In this document: in pieces, positions 28,088-36,546 of the stretch
Position numbering within the stretch: position 1 is the stretch's first letter
Layout of the letters: each line of letters opens with the position of its first letter
Assembly: GCA_016785015.1 (NCBI GenBank)
Contig: JADHTJ010000003.1
Location: forward strand, 24,979 to 88,978
Source of the DNA: Anaerolineales bacterium
GTDB taxonomy: Bacteria; Chloroflexota; Anaerolineae; Anaerolineales; UBA11858
Direction: 5' to 3'
Length of the DNA stretch: 64,000 bases
Program-made: the position numbers and the translations under genes
Notes under the pieces: generated by a model
Seen by the model: only the letters and a program-made list of their open reading frames with translations
What the model was told of the DNA's origin: nothing
The model's database searches: none

Positions 28088-28668
28088 ACTCCGGAATCTT
28101 CCTCAATTTCAATGATCTCTGCATCGACAGGCACCTCGACATCAATTGGCTCAGAGGCTTTCTTTCTGCGTCGGAAGAGTGGTTGAATCAAGACCCAAAA
28201 ACCAAACACAATCAACAGCACGGGCCAGTAGGTGCCAAGTACATTGGCGCCGAAGAAAGCGCCGAAGATGACAAATACGACCAGACTAATCATGCTCATC
28301 CATGCGCCCACACGGAATGTATCTTTGCCACCCTCACCTAAGAGAGAAGATAGCATCAGGCCAGCGCCCACAAAACCGGGGATTAATGACCAGGCAAATG
28401 ACCAGCTCTCCCAATATCCGGTAGCGTTCTGCCAATATAGCAAGCCTCCGATACCACCCACAATACAAGCAGGAATCGCCATTCCTGGCGCGCCAAGAAC
28501 CAGTCCTAAGAGCAGCAGAAAAACTCCTACTGCAATGACAAACATCGGCCACTGAAAGATATTCCAGAACCAATCCAGACCAGGCACAATTTGAACGGCG
28601 AGGAACCAGCCACCGATCAAGATCAATAAAAATCCAAATACCAGACTCGAGCGCGTTCGTTTATTCAT
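28084..28668 (-). CDS. Polytopic membrane protein, translationally coupled to the LiaF-like gene
   Basis: 194 aa with 5-6 hydrophobic spans and an acidic C-terminal tail. Its stop overlaps the next gene's start (ATGA). Confidence 0.5.
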   Translation of the reverse strand: MNKRTRSSLVFGFLLILIGGWFLAVQIVPGLDWFWNIFQWPMFVIAVGVFLLLLGLVLGAPGMAIPACIVGGIGGLLYWQNATGYWESWSFAWSLIPGFVGAGLMLSSLLGEGGKDTFRVGAWMSMISLVVFVIFGAFFGANVLGTYWPVLLIVFGFWVLIQPLFRRRKKASEPIDVEVPVDAEIIEIEEDSGV

Positions 28669-28778
28669 TATTCCTCCAAAAAGACACTTGCATTGTATTT
28701 TCGTGGCTTATCCCTACGGAAGGGATAAACTATCTCTTCACATGATAATTATACGTGCTTTATCAAGACAGGTTGCAT

Positions 28779-28811
28779 AAAAAAACCGACCTGCGAATTT
28801 CACAGATCGGT
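28779..28811 (-). terminator. Rho-independent terminator (minus strand) after the CBM48-like gene
   Basis: On the minus strand: ACCGATCTG-loop-CAGGTCGGT followed by TTTTTTT. Confidence 0.7.
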
Positions 28812-28831
28812 TTCAATGCCAGGATATTTCA

Positions 28832-29125
28832 TCAGATTGACACAATTGAGTCTTCAGTGCCAAACTCATTTGGAAGATACTTATCTGCGTCCCAGGCATT
28901 CTCCCAGCGGGATCCGTTTACCCAGAAGCGGAAACGATAGTCTGCACCAGCCTTCAGGGCAACAGTCCGAGAGAAACGACCGTCTTTGCGTTGCTTCATT
29001 GGATGAGCTTCCTTCTCCCAATCATTGAACTCACCAACAACGGCGACACTTGTCGCTTCGACATTAGCGGGGAGCTCAAATGTCACCCGGCAGGTATCCC
29101 CATTTTTGGAAAATGTCTTCTTCAT
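28832..29125 (-). CDS. Stand-alone glycogen-binding (CBM48/AMPK beta-like, E-set) domain protein
   Basis: VTFELPANVEATSVAVVGEFNDWE...YRFRFWVNGSRWENAWDAD matches the isoamylase N-terminal/CBM48 pattern. Confidence 0.65.
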   Translation of the reverse strand: MKKTFSKNGDTCRVTFELPANVEATSVAVVGEFNDWEKEAHPMKQRKDGRFSRTVALKAGADYRFRFWVNGSRWENAWDADKYLPNEFGTEDSIVSI

Positions 29126-29236
29126 AATTTCACTCCTTTTCTTTCTCGTAAGGCTTAGATTTTAAATCTTCGCCCACAATAGCGGAGAAGGATACCACAA
29201 AAAATAACTCGCGCCAACTCGCTCTGCAATCTGCGG

Positions 29237-30541
29237 TCAACGTCTATTTCGACCTCCTTCGCCAGCCCAAAAGATCTCAGCCTTCAGTTTATAACCGGCC
29301 ATTTCCAATCGGGGAGTAAAGTTGGGCCGCAAACCCGTTGGACGTAATGCCCCCTGAATTTCACCGTTGGGGCCCACACCAGATTGCTCAAAGCGGAAGA
29401 TATCCACCATGGTAACAAGATCGCCTTCTTGACCTGGGATCTCGGTTATATTGACAATTTTTCGCGTGCCATCTGTTAAACGGTCCATATGAACGATCAA
29501 ATCGATAGCGCTGGCAATCTGATTGCGAACAGCCAAAATTGGAATTTCGACACCACCCATCAGAGCAATGGTTTCTAAGCGGGCGATGGCATCCCGGGGA
29601 GAATTTGCATGCAGCGTGGTCATCGAGCCATCATGACCGGTATTCATAGCCATGAGCATATCCAGAGCCTCGCCCGTACGCACCTCACCAACGATCAGAC
29701 GATCTGGGCGCATACGCAGAGAATTGCGCACTAATTCGCGTGTGGTGACAGCTCCGTGTCCTTCTGAGTTTGGTGGCTTGGTTTCTAAACTTACGGAATA
29801 TTTTTGCTGGAGCTGCAGTTCAGCAGCATCTTCGATGGCAACAACACGCTCATCTCCTGGAATGAAACCCGTGAGGATATTCAGTAACGAAGTTTTTCCT
29901 GAACTTGTATTACCGCTGACGATGATATTCATGCGCGCACCAACGCAGGCCCGTAGGAATTCAGCCATCTGAGCCGTCATTGATCCCAACCTGATGAAAT
30001 CCTCGACAGCAAATTTTCCCTTTAGAAATTTTCGAATGGTTATACACGGCCCATCTACGGCCACAGGGGGTATCACAACATTAACGCGTGAACCATCTGG
30101 AAGGCGGGCATCTGCCGTTGGGTTGTCAATACTCACCTGTCGTCCCATTGGATGAAGCATGCGGTTTATCACTCTAATGATGTGCGCCTCATCTTCGAAT
30201 TTGATTTTTGTGTCCAATAATTGGCCATCGCGCTCAATATACACCTGGTTTGGTCCTACAACCATAATCTCATTGAGAGTAGGATCTTCCAACAAAGGCT
30301 GAATAGGGCCATACCCCACCAAATCTGCTAAGACCTCATTGATGATCTGCTCCTGGCCAAATTCATCAAGACCATGATCAGTACCAATCAAAGCTCTCTT
30401 GACCCAATCGGCGATTCGGTGACGATACTCCGCGGACGAAGGTGGGTACAACTCGATCTGTTGAGTGACAACATCAATCAAGTATTCTTTAATCGAAGCT
30501 TTATCGTCAAAATCAAATGGTTTTGCTGATGGTGTAGTCAT
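29237..30541 (-). CDS. cpaF: CpaF/TadA-family secretion ATPase (type II/IV secretion NTPase)
   Basis: Walker A IIVSGNTSSGKTSLLN, Asp box VVAIEDAAELQLQ, His box GHDGSMTTLHANSPRDAIARLE. Confidence 0.85.
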   Translation of the reverse strand: MTTPSAKPFDFDDKASIKEYLIDVVTQQIELYPPSSAEYRHRIADWVKRALIGTDHGLDEFGQEQIINEVLADLVGYGPIQPLLEDPTLNEIMVVGPNQVYIERDGQLLDTKIKFEDEAHIIRVINRMLHPMGRQVSIDNPTADARLPDGSRVNVVIPPVAVDGPCITIRKFLKGKFAVEDFIRLGSMTAQMAEFLRACVGARMNIIVSGNTSSGKTSLLNILTGFIPGDERVVAIEDAAELQLQQKYSVSLETKPPNSEGHGAVTTRELVRNSLRMRPDRLIVGEVRTGEALDMLMAMNTGHDGSMTTLHANSPRDAIARLETIALMGGVEIPILAVRNQIASAIDLIVHMDRLTDGTRKIVNITEIPGQEGDLVTMVDIFRFEQSGVGPNGEIQGALRPTGLRPNFTPRLEMAGYKLKAEIFWAGEGGRNRR

Positions 30542-30565
30542 CGTATCTCCTCATCTCTGCTGTAC

Positions 30566-31411
30566 TCAATCATCAACTCGATTCGCAAATGCAATTGGTT
30601 GAAAGGATTGCTGATCAAATTCATTCAACCCCTCTGGCCCCCTGGCTAGAACTCGCTCATAAACGGCATAGGCATCCTTGCGCAATTTTGCCACATCGAC
30701 GCTTTTACAAACGTCAGGCAAGGAATTAATCCATCCCCGCAGCCTCAAAAACATTTTCACCGCACCTGGATAATTATCTTGCTGAATTTGGTAATAGGCA
30801 ACAGAAACCTGCAAGATAGCGCGATACAAATTCCTACCAACAGATGAATCTTCCATCCAGGCTGTTTCTAACGATTCGTGAGCTTCATAAAACTCCCCGC
30901 GATTAAACTGCTCAATTCCTTTAGAGGCGCGAGCATCTAAATCTCCAAGGCAATCCTTAGCTAAAGCCTCATCATCAACGCGATGAGCATATTTTTGGAT
31001 CATTTCTGGAAGGGATGAGAAAAACCGAGAGCGCGCTAAGACAGCATCCGCACCAGCGCTTTTAGCTCTCTTTAGAGTCTCTACATCTTTATGAGAACCA
31101 AAACAGATCACAGGGATTCGGCGTGTGGATGAAGCAGTTCTGAGCCAGTTGATCCATTCTTCCCAGGGGATTGCGTCGTCGTCCAAATCGCAGATGACAA
31201 TCGCTGGGGCGTCATGCGTGATCCTGTCCATGAAGGTATTCCTGCTCCCAGGCATGGCAGCACCTAATAAATCCGCTGCCTGTTCGATCAGTTTGACTTC
31301 GAAACCCAAATTCCGCGCGGCAGACTCAATGCGCGGCGAGAACATCAGATTAGAGACCCAGGCCATGACCAGGGGAGTTTTAATACCTGCGGAGTTTTTC
31401 ATCATACTCAA
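30566..31411 (-). CDS. Receiver-like (pseudo-receiver) domain fused to DUF309
   Basis: The N-terminal half has a CheY-like alternation (VMAWVSN...IVICDLDDD...IPVICFGSH...ADAVLARS). The C-terminal part FNRGEFYEAHESLETAWMED...YRAILQVSVAYYQIQQDNYPGA matches DUF309. Confidence 0.55.
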   Translation of the reverse strand: MSMMKNSAGIKTPLVMAWVSNLMFSPRIESAARNLGFEVKLIEQAADLLGAAMPGSRNTFMDRITHDAPAIVICDLDDDAIPWEEWINWLRTASSTRRIPVICFGSHKDVETLKRAKSAGADAVLARSRFFSSLPEMIQKYAHRVDDEALAKDCLGDLDARASKGIEQFNRGEFYEAHESLETAWMEDSSVGRNLYRAILQVSVAYYQIQQDNYPGAVKMFLRLRGWINSLPDVCKSVDVAKLRKDAYAVYERVLARGPEGLNEFDQQSFQPIAFANRVDD

Positions 31412-31413
31412 AA

Positions 31414-32610
31414 TTATACTGGAATTGTCAGATTTTCCAAATCGCGTGGGTAATAGGTCATCATCTCGATGCCATCATCGGTAATCGCCACCGTATCCGA
31501 ATGCCGGAAGCCGCCCAACTCGGGCACGTACAAACCCGGCTCGACGGTAAACACCATGCCCGGTTTCATTTTTGTATCATCACCAATATCCAGGAAGGGG
31601 CCTTCGTGGTAGCGAATTCCAATGGCATGACCAACATGATGTTTCCAATAATCCATCAGATCGTTTTCTTCATAATATACCCGGGCGGCTTTATCCACTT
31701 CAGAACAAGGGATTCCTGGTCCCATAGCTTCGAAGGAAATATCTTGCAGTGCAACCATATGATCAAACATGTGCTTCTGTTGATCACTCGCCGGACCAAT
31801 CAGCATGGTGCGCTCTAACTCCGAATTATAGCCCCACATCGGAGCATTCGCCCCAGTGACAAGGATATCTCCAGGCTGAAAAATAATATTGTTCGCCAAC
31901 GCATGGGGGATGGCGGCATTGCGACCGATCTGGCCGCGGTATCCGGCACGGGCGCCACTGGAGAAATAACTCTGTGCCCGGTAGATCGGCCCGATGGTAT
32001 CCAACATTGCCAATGTCGCCTCGTTGCTGGCCTTCAGGGTCACTTCAGTTTCGGTGAGACCGACGCGTGTATAGCGCTGCAGTAAGACGTGCGCCAAATT
32101 GCCCCATTTGATACTCTCACGAATCAAATTCAACTCGGCTTCGCTCTTGATCATCATCTGGTCTTCAATGAATTTAGCCAAAGGCTTGGGGGTCACACCC
32201 AACAACTCGGTGAGTGATCGCCCGCGATAGCCAAAGATCAGTGGATAGCCATTATGATCCGCGCCAAAAGCTCCAGAAATACCCATTTCACTCAATACAT
32301 CTTTGAAGATATCCATCGGGCGTGGTTTGTGGGGATACTCCAAATAGTAATCCACACGGTCGATCAGGGCATTTGCCGAGGCATGTTCAACCTCTAAACG
32401 AGGCACGAACATCGCCCGTTCACCGCTAGCATTAATAATGAATGCGATCGGTCGTTCGGTAGGAATAAATGCAAACCCGGTGTAGTAGAGAATATAGTCA
32501 CGCTCAAAGAGCACCGCACCGGAGAGGTTTTCTGCTTGAAGGAATTCCAATAATTTCTGTGTACGTAGTCGATATTCTTCTGCCGTGATATGCAAGGATG
32601 CTTTTTTCAT
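31414..32610 (-). CDS. M24-family metallopeptidase (Xaa-Pro aminopeptidase/creatinase-like)
   Basis: Creatinase-like N-terminal domain plus M24 core (HHVGHAIGIRYHEGP...FTVEPGLY). Confidence 0.8.
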   Translation of the reverse strand: MKKASLHITAEEYRLRTQKLLEFLQAENLSGAVLFERDYILYYTGFAFIPTERPIAFIINASGERAMFVPRLEVEHASANALIDRVDYYLEYPHKPRPMDIFKDVLSEMGISGAFGADHNGYPLIFGYRGRSLTELLGVTPKPLAKFIEDQMMIKSEAELNLIRESIKWGNLAHVLLQRYTRVGLTETEVTLKASNEATLAMLDTIGPIYRAQSYFSSGARAGYRGQIGRNAAIPHALANNIIFQPGDILVTGANAPMWGYNSELERTMLIGPASDQQKHMFDHMVALQDISFEAMGPGIPCSEVDKAARVYYEENDLMDYWKHHVGHAIGIRYHEGPFLDIGDDTKMKPGMVFTVEPGLYVPELGGFRHSDTVAITDDGIEMMTYYPRDLENLTIPV

Positions 32611-32649
32611 TTTGATTCTCCTGTTTCCAGATTCTGCCTCGAAACCTTA

Positions 32650-33708
32650 TCACAAATCCCAAATATCGCCTGCTTCTCGGAACATGGCCTGCCAAGCAGT
32701 AGATTCTGGTTGGTTGGGTGCGCCAAGAGGGTCGTCCCACTCTTCATCCAGCAGGGCAGCCACCACGCCTTGAGCACAAGCTTCGGCGGCTTCGAGATCA
32801 TAACCACCTTCTAGGTAAAGGGCAATCCGTCCATCACAATTTTGATCCGCCCAATTGCACAGTCTAGATACCAAATCGCCATATCCACCAGCTGTCAGCA
32901 TTAAGTTTCCCAACGGATCGCGCCAATGGGGATCAAATCCATAACTAACCAGGGTCATCTCCGGAGCAAAGCGATCCAGCAAAGGGATGATGCCCTCGTC
33001 CATGATCGTCAGAAAAGCCTGATCGCCAGTAAAAGGCGGTAATGGAAAGTTCGCTGTTGCACCATCCCCATCGCCAGTTCCAGTTTCACTTACTTGTCCC
33101 GTACCGGGATAGTGAGGGGATTGATGCGTGGAGATATAAAATACATCTCCACGATCCCAGAAGATATCTTGCGTGCCGTTGCCGTGATGCTGGTCCAGAT
33201 CGATGATGGCCAGCCGCTTGGCGCCTTTTTCTTGGATGAGAAATTCAGCCGCCACAGCGACATTATTAATTAGACAAAACCCCATTGCCTGGTTCGGCGT
33301 GGCATGATGTCCGGGTGGTCGAGTGAGCGCAAACCCGCGTTTAGCTTCCCGCTCCCAAACGGATTTGGAAACTGCAACGGCACCACCTGCCGTCTTAACC
33401 GCCAAATCCCAAGAGGCTGTGGTGGTATAGGTATCCATATCGAAGCGCTGACCGCGCGCACAAACTTCTTCCAACTGGCTCAAGAAGCTGCGGGTATGAA
33501 CTCCTTCTAATACAGCGCTAGACAATTCTTGCGGCTCTAAATGAGGGAAAGAATCCCACCAGCCAATCTCTTTGAGTGCTTTGACCATCGCCTCGACGCG
33601 ATCGGGTCGTTCAGGATGTCCATTTTCTCGATGGGCTTCGTGACCTTGAGGATAATAGTATACGAGTTCGTGCATCAAACCCTTCCTATTTATCAATATT
33701 TCTTTCAT
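32650..33708 (-). CDS. Histone deacetylase-family (class II HDAC / acetylpolyamine or AcuC-like) deacetylase
   Basis: RPPGHHA...GFCLINNVAVAA...IIDLDQHHGNGTQDIF...EGGY motifs. Confidence 0.85.
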   Translation of the reverse strand: MKEILINRKGLMHELVYYYPQGHEAHRENGHPERPDRVEAMVKALKEIGWWDSFPHLEPQELSSAVLEGVHTRSFLSQLEEVCARGQRFDMDTYTTTASWDLAVKTAGGAVAVSKSVWEREAKRGFALTRPPGHHATPNQAMGFCLINNVAVAAEFLIQEKGAKRLAIIDLDQHHGNGTQDIFWDRGDVFYISTHQSPHYPGTGQVSETGTGDGDGATANFPLPPFTGDQAFLTIMDEGIIPLLDRFAPEMTLVSYGFDPHWRDPLGNLMLTAGGYGDLVSRLCNWADQNCDGRIALYLEGGYDLEAAEACAQGVVAALLDEEWDDPLGAPNQPESTAWQAMFREAGDIWDL

Positions 33709-33959
33709 TTTACCAGTCTATTCGGCCAGTTTATTGGAATTCGTTTGAGATAATGCAATCGCTTGCGCTGTCCGTCAGGCGATGAATCGCCCGACTACAA
33801 AACTGTACCGGATGAATCCGGCTAAAAAACCGATTGATCGGGTGCTGTTTCAAAGCCCGGAAAATTCATTTCCGGGCAGATACGGCATACTCTCATAAAT
33901 CGCTGCTGGTAAAATATACTAATTGATGTTACGCAACCGAATGAGATACTAATTCAAAA

Positions 33960-34087
33960 TCACCGCGGAGACGCAGAGCACACAGAGTAATAATCTGGTC
34001 CGAGAACTCAAAAACTATTGCGCATCTCAATGATCTGATTGCTCTCTACAATATTAAATCTCCGCGCTCTCCGCGTCTCTGCGTTGA
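33960..34087. repeat. Family C intergenic element with imperfect terminal inverted repeats, copy 1
   Basis: 5' end TCACCGCGGAGACGCAGAG; reverse complement of the 3' end TCAACGCAGAGACGCGGAG (16/19 identical). Related to 43484..43563. Confidence 0.6.
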
Positions 34088-34131
34088 AAATAAATGCTTG
34101 CACTAATTATTCATGATTGATCGGAGGAGAT

Positions 34132-34854
34132 ATGACCGAGGCCCTTTATCACGATGACAGTTATTTGAAAGAATTTGACGCCACCATCACGGCCGTCAAC
34201 GAGGAAAACCACGGTGTAGTGCTGGACCGCACCGCCTTTTTCCCAGGGGGAGGCGGCCAACCCGCCGACTCTGGAACTCTCGCCACAGATGGAAAAACGT
34301 TCACCGTCAAGCGCGTCAAGCGCATCAGCGGAAAACTTGTCCATCTGCTGGAGGGTCAAGACTCGCTGCCAGAAGTTGGCAGCCAGGTTCATGGCCAGCT
34401 TGATTGGCACAAACGCTACCAGATCATGCGCACCCACACCGCCATGCACATCCTGTGTGGGGTAATCTTCCGCGACTACGCTGCTTCTGTGACCGGTGGC
34501 AATATGGAACCGCTCAAGGGACGCATGGATTTCGAATTCGAGACCATGCACCGGGAACTGGTCGATGAGATCAACGCGGCAATCAACACCGAGGTCGTCA
34601 ATGCCCGTCCTGTAAGTTGGCGCGAGCTGCCGCGCGAAGAAGCCTTCCAAATCCCCGATTTGATCCGCACCAAGATCAACCTGCTGCCTGAGGGCATCAA
34701 ACAAGTGCGCGTGGTCGAAATCGAAGGTCTTGATATTCAGGCCGACGGCGGCACCCATGTCAAGAACACTTCCGAGGTCGGCCAAATCCGCGTGGTCGAC
34801 TACAAAAGCAAAGGGGCCATCAACAAGCGCATTTACGTAGAGCTTGATTATTGA
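34132..34854 (+). CDS. alaX: Alanyl-tRNA editing protein AlaX-like (tRNA_SAD domain)
   Basis: MTEALYHDDSYLKEFDA..., HTAMHIL zinc motif, ADGGTHV. The ATG at 34132 is preceded by GGAGGAG. Confidence 0.8.
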   Translation: MTEALYHDDSYLKEFDATITAVNEENHGVVLDRTAFFPGGGGQPADSGTLATDGKTFTVKRVKRISGKLVHLLEGQDSLPEVGSQVHGQLDWHKRYQIMRTHTAMHILCGVIFRDYAASVTGGNMEPLKGRMDFEFETMHRELVDEINAAINTEVVNARPVSWRELPREEAFQIPDLIRTKINLLPEGIKQVRVVEIEGLDIQADGGTHVKNTSEVGQIRVVDYKSKGAINKRIYVELDY

Positions 34855-34881
34855 CCTATACAAATGTTGATAAACTTTTGA

Positions 34882-34955
34882 TTGTCATGCTGAGCGCAGC
34901 GAAGCATCTCTGCAGAGACTCTTCGGTCGCAAACACCGCTCCCTCAAAGTGACAA
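34882..34955. repeat. Family B palindromic element (GTCATSCTGAGCG... type), copy 1
   Basis: TTGTCATGCTGAGCGCAGCGAAGCATCT...CAGAGACTCTTCGGTCGC...CCCTCAAAGTGACAA. Shares both arms and the internal CAGAGACTCTTCGGTCGC with copy 2. Confidence 0.75.
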
Positions 34956-35061
34956 GCCTGATTAATTTATGTGAACATCAATAGTACACGAATGAACACG
35001 GACTTATCGGATTACAAATTTTAAATCCTTGTTTATCCGTGATATCCGTGTCCAACAAATA

Positions 35062-36462
35062 ATGAACCCTTCCACAAACGTTCTTATCTGCGGCGCGGGC
35101 ATCGCCGGCATCGCCACTGCCTATCACCTGGCTGTTAGCCACGGAATCAAAGATATCGTTCTGGTAGATGAACGCGCGCCCCTCAGTCTGACCAGCGACA
35201 AATCGACAGAGTGCTACCGCAACTGGTGGCCGGGCCCAGGCGATGCCATGGTCAGCCTGATGAACCGCTCCATCGACATCATCGAAGAGTTGGCCGAGGA
35301 GAGTGGCAATATCTTCCACCTCAATCGGCGGGGATATTTATACCTGACCGCGGATCCCGAGAAAATCCCCGCATTCGAGAAGGCGGCCGGTGAGCCCTCG
35401 GCGTTGGGTGCTGGACCCTTGAGAGTGTACCGCTCTCAGGCGGATGCCTCGGACTATACCCCCGCCCCAAGCGAGGGATACAAAAATCTCCCCACTGGCG
35501 CGGATCTGATCCTCGATTCAAATCTGATCCGACAGTATTTTCCCTACCTTTCAGAAAATGTCGTCGCTGCGCTGCACGCCCGGCGCGCAGGCTGGTTCAG
35601 CGCCCAGCAGTTGGGCATGTACATGCTCGACCAGGCGCGTGCCTATGGGGTGAAATTGGTCAACGCCCGCGTGACAGGCGTGAATGTTGCTCAAGGGAGC
35701 GTGCAATCCGTTCAGCTCTCCGATGGCTCAACAATCTCTACACCAACTTTTGTCAACGCCGCAGGGCCTTTCGTCAAAGAAGTGGGAGAGATGCTGGGGG
35801 TTGATATTCCCATCTTTACTGAACTGCATCTCAAAGTTTCCTATCGCGATCCGCTGGGGGTAGTGCCGCGGGAAGCTCCTTTGCTAATCTGGACCGACAC
35901 CCAAACATTACCCTGGTCCGAAGAGGAACGCCAATTCCTGGCCGAAGAGAAAGACACCCGCTGGCTTTTATCCGAGATGCCTGAAGGAGCACATACCCGC
36001 CCTGAGGGCGGCGCTGACAGCGACATCATGCTGCTGCTGTGGGAATATAAGCATCAAGTGGGACGCACTTTAGAAGTGCATCCCACTTCGAGCAAGCCCG
36101 TCGTTCCCCCACCCCTGGACGACATGTACCCTGAGATCGCCCTGCGCGGCATGGCCGCCCTGCTGCCGCGTTTCGAGGAATACTTTGAGCGCATGCCCCA
36201 ACCCATGCTCGACGGCGGCTACTACACCAAGACCAAAGAGAACCGACTGTTGGCCTGCCCTCTTCCGGTCAAAGGGGCTTTCCTGATTGGTGCCCTCTCC
36301 GGGTATGGCCTGATGTCCGCCTGCGGAGCCGCTGAACTGCTGGCGGCGCATATCACTGAAAGTGACCTGCCAACCTACGCCCCGGTCTTTTCCCTGGAAC
36401 GCTATCAAGACCCTGAATACCTAGAACTGCTTGAAGATTGGAGTGACGAAGGGCAGCTTTGA
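35062..36462 (+). CDS. FAD-dependent oxidoreductase (DAO family)
   Basis: Dinucleotide fold NVLICGAGIAGIATAYHL...VLVDE. The ATG at 35062 is the first ATG; the listed start at 35029 is a TTG. Confidence 0.7.
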   Translation: MNPSTNVLICGAGIAGIATAYHLAVSHGIKDIVLVDERAPLSLTSDKSTECYRNWWPGPGDAMVSLMNRSIDIIEELAEESGNIFHLNRRGYLYLTADPEKIPAFEKAAGEPSALGAGPLRVYRSQADASDYTPAPSEGYKNLPTGADLILDSNLIRQYFPYLSENVVAALHARRAGWFSAQQLGMYMLDQARAYGVKLVNARVTGVNVAQGSVQSVQLSDGSTISTPTFVNAAGPFVKEVGEMLGVDIPIFTELHLKVSYRDPLGVVPREAPLLIWTDTQTLPWSEEERQFLAEEKDTRWLLSEMPEGAHTRPEGGADSDIMLLLWEYKHQVGRTLEVHPTSSKPVVPPPLDDMYPEIALRGMAALLPRFEEYFERMPQPMLDGGYYTKTKENRLLACPLPVKGAFLIGALSGYGLMSACGAAELLAAHITESDLPTYAPVFSLERYQDPEYLELLEDWSDEGQL

Positions 36463-36469
36463 TAACAAA

Positions 36470-36500
36470 GACCCCGGAAGTTTCGAAGACTTCCGGGGTC
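36470..36500. terminator. Perfect 12-bp hairpin between convergent genes (bidirectional terminator candidate)
   Basis: GACCCCGGAAGT-TTCGAAG-ACTTCCGGGGTC. The A-rich 5' flank gives a U-tract when read on the minus strand. Confidence 0.55.
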
Positions 36501-36507
36501 TAAACTA

Positions 36508-36542
36508 CATGTAGAGATGCCCCATCAGGGCGTCTCTACATG
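36508..36542. terminator. Second 14-bp hairpin between the same convergent genes
   Basis: CATGTAGAGATGCC-CCATCAG-GGCGTCTCTACATG (one G-U pair), 5 nt from the stop of 36547..37746. Confidence 0.45.
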
Positions 36543-36546
36543 AGGA

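Noticed and set aside
29237-30541. Calling a Tad/Flp pilus locus on the basis of CpaF.
   Set aside because: No tadB/tadC, pilin, prepilin peptidase or secretin-like genes are in the window, so only the ATPase can be supported.
34111-34863. A 250-aa minus-strand ORF lying exactly antisense to the alaX-like gene.
   Set aside because: The plus-strand frame has clear AlaX motifs (HTAMHIL, ADGGTHV) and a GGAGG Shine-Dalgarno sequence. The antisense product has no recognisable motif. Long antisense ORFs are a common artefact in GC-richer genes.
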